Assembly: GCA_964613055.1 (NCBI GenBank)
Contig: CAZTGD010000006.1
Span: forward strand, 5,340 to 69,339
Direction of reading: 5' to 3'
From: an uncultured Caldisericales bacterium
Lineage (GTDB): Bacteria > Caldisericota > Caldisericia > JAAYUI01
DNA: 64,000 nucleotides
This document shows, one piece after another, positions 29,176-39,635 of this stretch. The stretch's first letter is position 1; every line of letters starts with the position of its first letter. Under the pieces are notes generated by a model that saw only the letters and a list, made by a program, of their open reading frames with translations, searched no databases and was not told the origin of the DNA. The position numbers and the translations under genes are program-made.

Positions 29176-29866
29176 TGCGAATCCTCCTGGAGACCTCTTT
29201 GTATGCTGAGAGTACTCCGCCTAAATCCCTTCGAAATCTATCCTTGTCTAGCTTCTCACCTGTTTCGACATCCCACAGTCTGCATGTATCCGGTGTCCAC
29301 TCATCCGCTAGTATAACTTTATCATGAAATACGCCAAACTCCAACTTAAAATCGACCAACTGCAGTCCCACTTCAGAGAAGAATCGCTTCATGTGATCGT
29401 TTATCTCATAAGTAAGTCTGGTCATCTCATCGATCTGATCTTGGCTTGCACACCCAAACATTACTATGTGATCTCTGCACAGGAATGGATCGTGGAGTTC
29501 ATCGTTTTTATAGCAGAACTCTAGTAAAGGTTTTTCCAGCTGTTTGCCTTCAGAGAAACCAAAACGCTTGCATATCGAACCGGCAAGAGTATTCCTCATG
29601 ATAACCTCTATGGGGAGAATCTCCACCCTCTTCACCAGGTGTCTGTTTGGTGGTTCGTATTCAATGAAGTGATTCGGTACGCCACAAGCAGTGAGATACT
29701 TCATTATGACTGATGATATCTCAGCGTTTATTCGACCCTTACTCGCCATCTGGTCGTATTTAGTGCCGTCAAACGCTGTCAGGTCATTCTTGAATTCAGC
29801 TATCAGGACATCAGGATCGTCTGTTCCAAACAGAACCTTTGCCTTGCCTTCATATAGCTTGTTCAT
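29168..29866 (-). CDS. purC: SAICAR synthetase
   Basis: MNKLYEGKAKVLF...IPIEVIMRN is PurC-typical. Confidence 0.9.
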   Translation of the reverse strand: MNKLYEGKAKVLFGTDDPDVLIAEFKNDLTAFDGTKYDQMASKGRINAEISSVIMKYLTACGVPNHFIEYEPPNRHLVKRVEILPIEVIMRNTLAGSICKRFGFSEGKQLEKPLLEFCYKNDELHDPFLCRDHIVMFGCASQDQIDEMTRLTYEINDHMKRFFSEVGLQLVDFKLEFGVFHDKVILADEWTPDTCRLWDVETGEKLDKDRFRRDLGGVLSAYKEVSRRIRSD

Positions 29867-31175
29867 CGGTCTCCTCCAATACCTTGTAAAAAATCGTATC
29901 TATATATCTCAGGTAGTAGTCAAGATCAAAGATGGATTCTATCTCGGCTTCACCGAGAATACTTTGTGTTTCAGGATCATCCAACGCTAACTGCCTCAAA
30001 TGTCCCATGCCTTTAGATGCTGGTATTGCCAGTCTTTGTACGATCTGATATGCCCTTGTCCTTGATAAACCTCTACTCATGAGTGACACCAGGAATCTTC
30101 CAGAGAATATCGCTCCACCTGTTATGTCGATGATCTCTCTCATCCTGTCTTCGTGGACGACTAATCCAGATATGATTTCGTTCATCTTCTTCAGCATGTA
30201 CGATGTAAGAATGGATGAATCGGGAAGGATTATACGTTCTACGGACGAGTGAGATATGTCGCGCTCATCCCAAAGGGCTACGTTTTCCAATCCAGCTAAA
30301 GCGTTGGATCTCAGTACACGAGATAACCCAGTAAGTTGCTCTGATGTTTTGGGATTTTTCTTGTGCGGCATGGCGGAGGAACCGGTTTGACCCTTTCCAA
30401 ACGCCTCTTCTACTGCACCTATCTCAGTTCGTTGTTCAGTTCTCAACGATACGGCAATCCGCTCAATCGATGCACCGACTTGAGCGAGTGCCAACAGATA
30501 CTGAGCATGCCTGTCTCTTGAGATAACCTGTGTGCTAACTGGATCTGGCTTGAGACCCAACTCGTCACACATTGCCCTTTCAAGATCAGGATGAAGATTG
30601 GAGTATGTTCCAACAGCACCAGACATCTTACCCACTCGATTCATCTCGATGGCTGATTCTAACCGTGTCATATCTCGAGACAACTCAGCGTACCAGGATA
30701 GCATCTTCAAACCAAACGTCATTGGCTCAGCGTGAATGCCGTGCGTTCTGCCCATCATGGGTGTGTGCTTGAATTCAATGGCTCTTACCTTCGCAGTTTC
30801 AAGAAGTGATTTAAGGTCAGCCTTTAGGATGTTTCCAGCTCTCACAATCTGTATAGATGTTGCAGTATCAAGGATATCGGATGAGGTTGCGCCTTTGTGG
30901 ATGTAACAGGCATCATCGCCAACCGTCTCACCAAGCGCATTGATGAAAGCTACAACGTCGTGGTCCGTTATCCGTTCAAGCTCATCTACTCTCTCCAGAG
31001 TGAATGTTGCGTTGTTTTTGATGTTGAGAACGGAGTCGCGAGGTACTTCGCCCATCTGACCCCATGCTGATACTAGGGCGACCTCAACATCCTTCATGAT
31101 GCTGAAGCGGTTCTTTCTGTCCCATACCGCTTTCATATCAGGTACAGAGTATCTCTCTATCATGGTCTCCTCCAA
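29850..31175 (-). CDS. purB: Adenylosuccinate lyase
   Basis: IERYSVPDM N-terminus. Fumarase/ASL family signature GSSAMPHKKNP. Confidence 0.9.
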   Translation of the reverse strand: MEETMIERYSVPDMKAVWDRKNRFSIMKDVEVALVSAWGQMGEVPRDSVLNIKNNATFTLERVDELERITDHDVVAFINALGETVGDDACYIHKGATSSDILDTATSIQIVRAGNILKADLKSLLETAKVRAIEFKHTPMMGRTHGIHAEPMTFGLKMLSWYAELSRDMTRLESAIEMNRVGKMSGAVGTYSNLHPDLERAMCDELGLKPDPVSTQVISRDRHAQYLLALAQVGASIERIAVSLRTEQRTEIGAVEEAFGKGQTGSSAMPHKKNPKTSEQLTGLSRVLRSNALAGLENVALWDERDISHSSVERIILPDSSILTSYMLKKMNEIISGLVVHEDRMREIIDITGGAIFSGRFLVSLMSRGLSRTRAYQIVQRLAIPASKGMGHLRQLALDDPETQSILGEAEIESIFDLDYYLRYIDTIFYKVLEETDEQAI

Positions 31176-32437
31176 GCGGTACGTTTCTCTCCCGGACCTA
31201 CAGAGACAATGTTGATGGGAACACCAACATAATCCTCAATGAACCCGATGTATTCCTTAGTCTTATCAGGTAGATCATCTATCTGTTGATAATCCGAAAG
31301 ATTCTTCATCCATCCTTCAAATCGTTTGTATATAGGTTCAACATGAGCGAGATATCCGCTGTCAGGATTGAAATGTCTGACCGTTTTACCGCTTATTTTG
31401 TATTCTGTACACACCTTTATCTCATCGAATGTGTCAAGCACATCAATGAGTGTCAATGCGAGATCAGTAGTTCCAGATATTCTCACAGCGTATCTCAGCG
31501 CAACAAGGTCTAACCAGCCACAATCTCGCGGTCGACCGGTGGTAGTGCCATACTCATTCCCCCGCTCCCTGATCATCTGTCCTACATCATCATCGAGTTT
31601 TGTTGGGAATGGACCCTTGCCAACGCGTGTCTGATACGCCTTCACGACACCAGTAATGCGCCTGAGATGTTTGGGGGAAAGACCAAAAGTGGACATACCC
31701 GATACGGGCAGACACGATGAGGAGGTAACATATGGGTATGTGCCATGTTCAAGATCGAGAAGGATGCCCTGGTTACCCTCAAGCAGAATGTCCTTTCCTT
31801 CGCTTAATGCATCATGGGCAATCCTTGATGTGTCAGCGAGCATAGATCCGATAGCAGATATGGCTCTTTCAACAGGCTCATACACCTCATCAAAAGTCAA
31901 CGGTTTTGAATCATACAGTCTTTTAAAAATTGTGTTCTTTTTTTCAAGGTTTCGAGCTAGTATCTTCCTCAATCTGCGCTCATCCCTGAGTAGTCCCATC
32001 CTTATGCCAATGCGGTTGATCTTATCGGCATAGCAGGGACCGATGCCCCTCATCGATGTACCAATCGAACCCTTTCCTCTGGATTTCTCATCCAGGTCCT
32101 CCTGATATCGATGGTACTTCAGAATCATATGTGCGCCTTCCGATATGAATAATCTGCCCTTATAATCAGTGACCATCGATATATCTTTCAACTCCCGCAT
32201 CAAACCACCAGGGTCAACCACCATTCCAGAACCCATGAGATTGATTGAATCATGCTTCATTATACCCGCAGGAACAACATGAAGCTTGATCGTTTTATTG
32301 CCAGTCACTATCGTGTGCCCAGAGTTTGGCCCACCTGCGAATCTGGCTACATAGTCTGTGGAATCTGCCAGCAGGTGAGTAATCTTGCCCTTAGCCTCAT
32401 CCCCCCACTGCAGACCACATACCATCATTACTGGCAT
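31160..32437 (-). CDS. purA: Adenylosuccinate synthetase
   Basis: MPVMMVCGLQWGDEAKGKI...GGPNSGHT. AGGAGG SD precedes the ATG at 32437; the ORF track start at 32488 is an over-extension. Confidence 0.9.
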   Translation of the reverse strand: MPVMMVCGLQWGDEAKGKITHLLADSTDYVARFAGGPNSGHTIVTGNKTIKLHVVPAGIMKHDSINLMGSGMVVDPGGLMRELKDISMVTDYKGRLFISEGAHMILKYHRYQEDLDEKSRGKGSIGTSMRGIGPCYADKINRIGIRMGLLRDERRLRKILARNLEKKNTIFKRLYDSKPLTFDEVYEPVERAISAIGSMLADTSRIAHDALSEGKDILLEGNQGILLDLEHGTYPYVTSSSCLPVSGMSTFGLSPKHLRRITGVVKAYQTRVGKGPFPTKLDDDVGQMIRERGNEYGTTTGRPRDCGWLDLVALRYAVRISGTTDLALTLIDVLDTFDEIKVCTEYKISGKTVRHFNPDSGYLAHVEPIYKRFEGWMKNLSDYQQIDDLPDKTKEYIGFIEDYVGVPINIVSVGPGEKRTAWRRP

Positions 32438-32512
32438 ATTAACCTCCTGAGAACGAATGATTGTAACCGCTGAATACACTGTCTGCAACCAATTTTGAGT
32501 GTTGAAATGAAC

Positions 32513-33040
32513 CTAGACACAATTGAGTTTCCTCTTGCAGTAACAGATTGCCGAGTCATTAATCTTCCAATCATCGATCACTTTGATAATATCAAACCCT
32601 TTCTTCAGCTGATCGATTGGCATGTGTCTTGATTCATCTTTCAATCCATGGCTTTTTAGGTACTGCATGTATTCTCCCTCCAAAACAGATAAAATACTTA
32701 CATTTTGGTTCATTTGAATAACCACTGTGTAAACTGTGTTTTTTAGGCTGGAAGGTGATTCTGGAAACGTCTCGTCATTTTTGTATCTTTCTGCAGGTAT
32801 TCCAACCATAATTCCCACTATCTCTTGATGCCTTCGATAGATAATCGGTATAGTTTCAGGATAATCAATATACTTATCCAGATTTGCCAGGTTGAGGATA
32901 GTCAGGGTCAAAGGTTTGAGCAACAGCAGGCAATCTCGATCCTGACGCTTAATTGATTTAATCAGCTCAATCCTGTCACTTGAATTAATTATATTTATCA
33001 GTTCTGTTGGTGATGACATACAATACTCATTATACATCAA
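32513..33040 (-). CDS. Hypothetical protein, divergent from the XRE regulator
   Basis: 175-aa ORF, no recognised family. Confidence 0.4.
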   Translation of the reverse strand: MMYNEYCMSSPTELINIINSSDRIELIKSIKRQDRDCLLLLKPLTLTILNLANLDKYIDYPETIPIIYRRHQEIVGIMVGIPAERYKNDETFPESPSSLKNTVYTVVIQMNQNVSILSVLEGEYMQYLKSHGLKDESRHMPIDQLKKGFDIIKVIDDWKINDSAICYCKRKLNCV

Positions 33041-33135
33041 AAAATGTCATAATCCACCTTCTATGTATTTCTTCAATGCAATATCTTCACAATATGGATA
33101 TTGCATTGTACTGATTTTATGGTATAAGTACAATC

Positions 33136-33465
33136 GTGAACGAAAGAATAAGCATAGGCGAAAAGATAAGGAAACTCAGGCTTGAGATGAACTATACTCA
33201 GAAAGACATCCAACAAGGTACGGGTATTCCACAGTCGAACCTCTCCGAGCTTGAGCGAGGAAGGTTCACTCCACAGATAAAGACACTTCGAAAAATTGCT
33301 GATTTCCTGGGGATCAATCTTTCATATCTATTGGATGTTGATGATACAAACCTTGATGATATAAGACTTAACATCAGAATGAACAAGGAACTCAGCGAGG
33401 AAGGCAAGAATGAGATCCTTGACTTCATTGATTTTGTCAAGCAGAAAGAGGAGAAAGGGAAATAA
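33136..33465 (+). CDS. XRE-family helix-turn-helix transcriptional regulator
   Basis: IGEKIRKLRLEMNYTQKDIQQGTGIPQSNLSELERGRFTPQIKTLRKIADFLGINLSYLL is a canonical HTH_XRE. Confidence 0.75.
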   Translation: MNERISIGEKIRKLRLEMNYTQKDIQQGTGIPQSNLSELERGRFTPQIKTLRKIADFLGINLSYLLDVDDTNLDDIRLNIRMNKELSEEGKNEILDFIDFVKQKEEKGK

Positions 33466-33595
33466 AGAGTGTATTCTCTCTCGCCCGTCGTCTTTCCTCA
33501 TCTTTCTCCACACCTGACTCAATACTAATTGAGAACATCTTTTCCAGATTAGAACTAAAGCTGATCTATAAGGTTTTTCGTGTCTGGTTGGTTTA

Positions 33596-33850
33596 TTGGT
33601 CAGAACAGCCTGTGGTACACATGCAGGTATAAACTCTAAACTCCCGCTTGGTAGAAAGCGCTTCACCATAGCCCAAGAGCTGTGCCACTACTTTTTACAT
33701 AACGGTTGTCATACAGATTCATTCGAACAGGCTCAACCAAATCGGATCGAACGTGAAGCTAATAGATTTGCTGGAGAACTGCTGATGCCTGAAAGACTAT
33801 TGAGAAAATCAATAACTGAGCTAAAAAGCTCTTCACCTTTACTCTATTGA
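33596..33850 (+). pseudogene. Truncated ImmA/IrrE-family zinc-metallopeptidase fragment (core HExxH only)
   Basis: LPLGRKRFTIAQELCHYFLH...EREANRFAGELLMPE holds the HEXXH and E.EAN motifs, but the ORF is only 84 aa. Stops close both termini. Confidence 0.45.
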
Positions 33851-33930
33851 TACAACGAGGGATTGGCATGGATATTCAAAACATCACAACAAGTTATGGA
33901 TATCCAACTGAATAGGCTGAACCTGAGAGT

Positions 33931-35862
33931 TTAGCCCTGGAACAATCTTTTAATATTGTCCAACTCTTCCTTTTTAGAAAACACAGTTGCAACATCTCCC
34001 TTCTTCAATACAAAATCGCCTAGGGGAATGTGTGCATTCCCAGCTCTCCTGATCAGAGAGATGATAGCTCCTTTTGGGATCATCAGCTCTTTCAATGATT
34101 TGTTATAGAGCATGGGGTTGGATACCACCAGCTGATCTGCTATGACATTTAAATCCTTCTCTCCCAAAAGGCACAAAGCAGAGCTATGATGAACAATTGA
34201 CTCTATCGTTTGAGCGGCGGAGATTGTTGGACTCATCGCTTTTATGCCCAGCTCTGAAAATGCTTCCATCCTCGATGGCATAGATATAAGACAAATAATA
34301 TCTTTTATTTTGAAGGTTGATTTGGCAATTTGAGCGATCATAAGGTTCTTTGAATCAGAAGAAGTGATAACAATCAGATACTGGGCATCCTCTATACCCG
34401 CACTCCTTAAAACTTTCTCGTCCGTAGCATCCCCCAGGTAGGCTTCAAAGCCCATGCCTTCTGCAATATCTACCTTGTTCCTGTCTATATCAATCAGGGT
34501 CACGCTGTCTCCCCTCTTCTCGAGAAATCTGGCAGTTTCAAACCCAATTGCGTTTGCTCCTATTATAATGATCTTCATTGGAATTACCCCCAGTCTTTTT
34601 GCCAACGGTTTGGCAATGAAGGATACAAATGCGACACTTATTATGATAACACCGAAGACCAGCGCTTTTATTATTGTACTCTCAGCGTTCATACCATGCT
34701 TGCTGAGTTCTACTGCCGCAAGTGACGCTACTGATGCGGCAACAATACCTCGAGGACCAGTAAAAGCGATGTACAGTTTTTCTTTTATATTGACTACCAG
34801 CGTACATGTGACGGTAAAAACCATCAACGGTCTCACCAGGATTATCACTCCAAAGGCAAATACGATACCCATCCAGCCAATTGATGTCATGATTGACAGA
34901 TCGATCGTTGCGGCAAGCACAACAAAAACCATTGAAATAGCCAGGGTAACCAATTCACTCTTGAACTTCAGACAGGCTCTCTTCCCCGCATAAAGCATGT
35001 TGCCCATCACTAAACCTGCCACGGCAGTGCTGATTATACCACTCTCTTTATAGATATATTCGGGGATAGCATAAGCAATCAGTGCTGTGGCAAACGTTAT
35101 GGCAACGGCTGGCCCTATGTCCTTGAGCTTGGTCAGACGAATGGTTGTAACAGCCAACCACCCGGTGATGAAACCCGTGATAGAGCCTATCAATATACTG
35201 CCAACAAAATGTGATACTATGGCAGTCGTTGCTCCTTGAGTGAGAATGAATTCGAGGAGAAGGATTGAGATCACAGCACCGACAACGTCAGCGATGATGC
35301 CTTCTGCAGACATGATCCTTTTGATAGAGGGTAACACGTCTATCCTCTTGAACAGTGGAGTAATAACAGTTGGACCAGTGACCGACAGAATGGCTCCGAT
35401 TAACAGAGACGTTACCCAGTCAAGCGAAAAGAGGTAGTGCGCCAGCACTGCAATAAGAGCGATTGTTATCGGCATACCAAAGACAATCAGATTAACAACT
35501 GTTTTGCTGGTCTCCCTCAATTTCTTGATATCCAATGCCATCGCGCCTTCAAAAATTATCAACCCCACTACAGGGCCGATAATACCACTGGCTATGTTGT
35601 TGAGTTTAGCAGATTCGATAATACCAAAACCAGTCGAACCGAGTAAGAGTCCCGCCAGGATTCCAAACACGAGGTAAAACACGATTGAGGGTAACTTCAA
35701 TTTTGATGAAGCCAACAACCCTATCGCTCCGAGGGCGAATGCCACCGATATTATCATCAGAACCTGCATACTCATCATCTCTATTATACATGAAGCATCA
35801 ATTATTGGGAAGGGGCTTTTGACTTCACAGTATAAAAACTGTATAATACTGTATATAATCAC
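33931..35862 (-). CDS. Monovalent cation:proton antiporter (CPA family) with C-terminal TrkA-N/TrkA-C regulatory domains
   Basis: About 12 TM helices. Rossmann motif KIIIIGANAIGFETARFL. TrkA-C-like tail. The real start is likely an internal Met (MMSMQVLMII...). Confidence 0.7.
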   Translation of the reverse strand: MIIYSIIQFLYCEVKSPFPIIDASCIIEMMSMQVLMIISVAFALGAIGLLASSKLKLPSIVFYLVFGILAGLLLGSTGFGIIESAKLNNIASGIIGPVVGLIIFEGAMALDIKKLRETSKTVVNLIVFGMPITIALIAVLAHYLFSLDWVTSLLIGAILSVTGPTVITPLFKRIDVLPSIKRIMSAEGIIADVVGAVISILLLEFILTQGATTAIVSHFVGSILIGSITGFITGWLAVTTIRLTKLKDIGPAVAITFATALIAYAIPEYIYKESGIISTAVAGLVMGNMLYAGKRACLKFKSELVTLAISMVFVVLAATIDLSIMTSIGWMGIVFAFGVIILVRPLMVFTVTCTLVVNIKEKLYIAFTGPRGIVAASVASLAAVELSKHGMNAESTIIKALVFGVIIISVAFVSFIAKPLAKRLGVIPMKIIIIGANAIGFETARFLEKRGDSVTLIDIDRNKVDIAEGMGFEAYLGDATDEKVLRSAGIEDAQYLIVITSSDSKNLMIAQIAKSTFKIKDIICLISMPSRMEAFSELGIKAMSPTISAAQTIESIVHHSSALCLLGEKDLNVIADQLVVSNPMLYNKSLKELMIPKGAIISLIRRAGNAHIPLGDFVLKKGDVATVFSKKEELDNIKRLFQG

Positions 35863-36706
35863 TTATACAAATGAGATAACCGGAGAATATGTGAGAATAG
35901 TCGATGCCATTTCAGTTCTAGTTTGCACATCACAGATGATGTGGTTGTCTTGGATAATAATATACTCCAGTGTTCTTTCATTGATGAGACTTATACTCAA
36001 CAGTGGTGGCATGATTGATTGGATAAACGCCCTTACTCTCAAATCTATTCCCGTCGACCACCCAGCCGTGCTGTTCAACCATGCTTTATCGCTTGATAAA
36101 GGGATTCAAGGCATTGTTTTCATTGTGATTGTTTATCTCTGCCTGTTCGTCACTGTAAGCATGGTTGAATCTCTACTCTATCCATATGTATTGGATTCTG
36201 TGAGAAACACTCTGCCAGATTTTGGCTGGGATTTCTGGAGGAAATGGAAGAAATTCGCACTATTCTTTATCATGTTCACTCCGATCTGGATACTGTCTGG
36301 ACTACTTGGTTACACAGCAACGGTTATCAGCCAAGGTACAAACTTTCCAACAATTGTTGCTGAACTTATAAAGTTCACCTTGATGTCTGTCCCACTGATA
36401 ATCCTTATCCCCGCGAGATTCTATTACTCTGATGGATACGGTTTTCTTAGATCGATAATGGAGTCACTTTTAAACATACAGAAATATTTTAAGTCAACCA
36501 TCCTGATACTAATTCCTTCAGGATGCATATATGTATTTTTGGTTCAGCTTACGCAGAATTCAATGACTGGCCTACAAACGTTATTGTCTTTTTCACCATT
36601 ATTGTATGCATTGGGTGCTCTTTTCTGGTTTGCCTGGGCTGTTTCAGTATTTTACACCGTTAGAATTTATCAAAACATAAATAGAAACACAGGAGGTTAT
36701 TCATGA
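35819..36706 (+). CDS. Hypothetical polytopic membrane protein
   Basis: Multiple hydrophobic helices. Start uncertain. Confidence 0.4.
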   Translation: MTSQYKNCIILYIITYTNEITGEYVRIVDAISVLVCTSQMMWLSWIIIYSSVLSLMRLILNSGGMIDWINALTLKSIPVDHPAVLFNHALSLDKGIQGIVFIVIVYLCLFVTVSMVESLLYPYVLDSVRNTLPDFGWDFWRKWKKFALFFIMFTPIWILSGLLGYTATVISQGTNFPTIVAELIKFTLMSVPLIILIPARFYYSDGYGFLRSIMESLLNIQKYFKSTILILIPSGCIYVFLVQLTQNSMTGLQTLLSFSPLLYALGALFWFAWAVSVFYTVRIYQNINRNTGGYS

Positions 36707-37578
36707 CAAATTTCTGGCATAGAACACTTAACAGAATGATACCACGTCACGGCGCTGGTCTGTTTGGAGTCGGTTCGGCACTTTCGGCTTCTCTTTACAT
36801 CTCGGTTCTGTTTGCTGAGATAGTATCCACTTTCATCGAGAGTAATAGCGTCTCTATGATCGAAACACTGATCACCTTTGTTACCACTCCAACCATAGAA
36901 GGTGCAATAACTATTCTTATCTTCTCAGTATTGTGGATATTTCTGGGTGCGATAGCACTTGCGGGTGGTTGTCGCTATCTGATTGGATGTGTTGATCCAA
37001 AGCATATAGCCCAAAGAACCTTCTTTAACGGTATTCGATACTACTGGGTGAAAATGCTTAGATACACTGTATTCTTGACCTTCGGTGGACTTTTCTTCCT
37101 AATGCTCTTCTGGATACTCTGGCAGTTGATCGCTGGTATGGTAGGAGTGTTCGTTGTTCTTATTATTGTACTTTTTGTTATCCTGGCAACTGCCTTCTGG
37201 TCAAAACTGGCATTCACTCCTTACTTCATGGTTTCGGGGATGGGCCTGTTCCCCTCTATTGTAAAATCTTGGGGTGCGACAAACAAAAGGATTTGGTCCA
37301 CAACGATACTCAGGTTGTGTCTGGTGATATTCATTTCCATGCCAGTCATGTTTAGATTCACCATAGAACCAGAAGTCATGGTTCCGTCTCTTTCTGTCTG
37401 GCCCTTCGTTGCACTCATTGTATTCGGTTACATCGAACTCATTGTGGTGAGAGGGTACCAGGAATGGCAGGAGAAGGAAAAACTTCCAATGGTTTCATCC
37501 AAGTTTGTAAAGAGTGATGTGCAGATACTGGATATATATGATTCAAATGTAAACGGACCCAGAAGCATGGAATACTAG
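36703..37578 (+). CDS. Hypothetical polytopic membrane protein
   Basis: Several TM helices. ATGA overlap with the upstream gene. Confidence 0.45.
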   Translation: MTNFWHRTLNRMIPRHGAGLFGVGSALSASLYISVLFAEIVSTFIESNSVSMIETLITFVTTPTIEGAITILIFSVLWIFLGAIALAGGCRYLIGCVDPKHIAQRTFFNGIRYYWVKMLRYTVFLTFGGLFFLMLFWILWQLIAGMVGVFVVLIIVLFVILATAFWSKLAFTPYFMVSGMGLFPSIVKSWGATNKRIWSTTILRLCLVIFISMPVMFRFTIEPEVMVPSLSVWPFVALIVFGYIELIVVRGYQEWQEKEKLPMVSSKFVKSDVQILDIYDSNVNGPRSMEY

Positions 37579-37631
37579 CAGATCTAAATCATGACTTGAG
37601 AGTTATCTGTTTGCATGTAAGCTGTAAGTTG

Positions 37632-38108
37632 ATGAGAATTCTTCTAGTTTATGCACTTTGTTTCTTCGCTTTGCTGATATCATGTGACATTCAAACAGAT
37701 TTAAAGCGGGTTGATCTAGATTTCTTCTCTTTTATTTCTCCTGCATCGTTGAATATGGTTGCTAGTGGTGAGGGTGTCTGTCGTTTTGCAGGGAACATTG
37801 GCAGTATAGATCTTTCCTGGTCCTTTGACCAGTTCTCAAGGAAAAACATGCCTGCAAGGGAATCAGGAAGAAAACAACCGGGTGAGGAGATAATAGAATC
37901 CACCAAGGCTACGCTTGGTGACAGGCACATCTGGTGGAACAAAACCCGCATTAACAATATAATAACTGTTAGAATGACAATCCCACTCGACTCAGGCTAT
38001 CTCAAAGCTGAGGGAGTTGCAACTGAAGACAACATTGAACAGATTGAAAGATCTTTAAGGAGTTTAGTAATAAATGATGAGAATTACTTCATTGATAATT
38101 TCGATTAG
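37632..38108 (+). CDS. Lipoprotein, paralogous family
   Basis: Start adjusted to the Met giving signal peptide + lipobox LISC. C-terminal IEQIERSLRSLVINDENYFIDNFD family motif. Confidence 0.5.
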   Translation: MRILLVYALCFFALLISCDIQTDLKRVDLDFFSFISPASLNMVASGEGVCRFAGNIGSIDLSWSFDQFSRKNMPARESGRKQPGEEIIESTKATLGDRHIWWNKTRINNIITVRMTIPLDSGYLKAEGVATEDNIEQIERSLRSLVINDENYFIDNFD

Positions 38109-38679
38109 CCTTATCCTCATTTCCTTAGGTGTTATTACAGGATGTGATAGCTCCGAAGGCAGATTCAGGTATGAAGGTCCATTCTACTCTCTGGAAATGA
38201 GTGACAGTTGGCATATGCACGACTTTGGTGGTGATAACCTGAAGATACACGGATACTACAGGTGTGTCACGTTCAGCAAGAGACCCATTCAGCTTCGGGA
38301 ACTGTCTGAGATAAACCAACTGGAATATGCAATCACATGCGCGAGTATATTTGATTCAACACTCACCCAGGGGGATTTCGAAGCCATTGAGATACCCTCG
38401 CAGATAGCTGGCATAACAATTGTCGAGAAGAAGCAAATAGAGATAGACGGGGTACCCGCCCGGTGGCTCGAGTGCGAAACCACATTTGAAGGTAAACAGA
38501 ACGCGTCTGTTCTTCTGGATGTACCACTGAACAATGGATACATTCAGATTGATTTCTTCGGACCCAAGGGTGATGAGAGCCTGCAAACAGAGGCAAGGCG
38601 TATCGTTAGGTCACTTACAATATCCAATCCAGATTATTTTATTGAGAATACTCAAAAGGAAACATGGAGGACGGAATGA
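38074..38679 (+). CDS. Lipoprotein, paralogous family
   Basis: Lipobox ITGC. FYSLEMSDSWHM start. ARRIVRSLTISNPDYFIE end. Confidence 0.55.
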   Translation: MMRITSLIISISLILISLGVITGCDSSEGRFRYEGPFYSLEMSDSWHMHDFGGDNLKIHGYYRCVTFSKRPIQLRELSEINQLEYAITCASIFDSTLTQGDFEAIEIPSQIAGITIVEKKQIEIDGVPARWLECETTFEGKQNASVLLDVPLNNGYIQIDFFGPKGDESLQTEARRIVRSLTISNPDYFIENTQKETWRTE

Positions 38680-39632
38680 TGAATCTATTAATTGCATACC
38701 CAACAGACGATGAAATGAGAGTCGGTTTTTCCGAAAACAATGACAGCAAACCTGCTTTTCTCTCTATTGGCTATCCTACATCTCATGAGGACTTTGAAAA
38801 TGCAATCAAAGAGGCTTTCAGCGAGATGGGCAATCCAGTATTTGATATTGGTGTGGCATGTTACGGCATGACTCAAAAGACCGACAAACCTTCTATCGAG
38901 TTGACATCCGATGTTATTAAGTCGCTTTCAGCCTGTGAGTATGGAATGGACCCTTCCAATATGACCAGTGTTCTCATCCATGCCCTTAACCCCAACAAGG
39001 CAATACTCGCCTATCCACTAACATATGATTGCCTGTCACCGATTGCTAGACTGTCTGGTATTCCTGAGATTGAAAGGCGCATGGTTGCCAGAACCATGGA
39101 CCACCTGATGGCGGGAGAAGGCAAAAAGACATTGACCGTATATCTCTCGCAAGGTGAAATGTCTGTATGCGCTCAGGATAAGGGCAAGGTTATTGATATC
39201 ACAAACTCCTATGATGGAGAGGGCCCGATGACTCCAACCAGGTCTGGTTTCTTCCAGCAGAAGTGCGTCTATTCCATGGCATTTTCCGGGAAGTACAGCA
39301 GAGAAGAGCTCCTCGATAAGATAAGAGTCAGAGGTGGTCTGCTTGCTTATCTGGGTACATCAGACCTAGATGAAGTATATGGGATGATTGATGGTGATGA
39401 TGAGAAAGCAAAGCTCATCTATGATGCGATGTTATACACCTTGTTCAAGGAGATCGGAAGCAAATCAGCTTGGTTGTGTGGTGATTTTGAGAGTATAATC
39501 CTGACTGGACCTCTTTCTGACAATAAGAGACTTGTTGATGATATTAAGGCTGGCATCACGAAACTTGGTAACGTTTCTGTCAATAATGATCTCTGTGTGG
39601 CAACATTTCTTAGAAGCCAGGGGATAATTTAA
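38664..39632 (+). CDS. Butyrate-kinase-family (ASKHA) paralogue with a degenerate ATP phosphate-1 motif
   Basis: C-terminal two-thirds align well to butyrate kinases (KGKVIDITNSYDGEGPMTPTRSG, FSGKYSREELLDKIRVRGGLLAYLGTSD, ILTGPLS). The N-terminal NPGSTSTK position reads YPTDDEMR instead. Confidence 0.6.
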   Translation: MEDGMMNLLIAYPTDDEMRVGFSENNDSKPAFLSIGYPTSHEDFENAIKEAFSEMGNPVFDIGVACYGMTQKTDKPSIELTSDVIKSLSACEYGMDPSNMTSVLIHALNPNKAILAYPLTYDCLSPIARLSGIPEIERRMVARTMDHLMAGEGKKTLTVYLSQGEMSVCAQDKGKVIDITNSYDGEGPMTPTRSGFFQQKCVYSMAFSGKYSREELLDKIRVRGGLLAYLGTSDLDEVYGMIDGDDEKAKLIYDAMLYTLFKEIGSKSAWLCGDFESIILTGPLSDNKRLVDDIKAGITKLGNVSVNNDLCVATFLRSQGII

Positions 39633-39635
39633 TCA

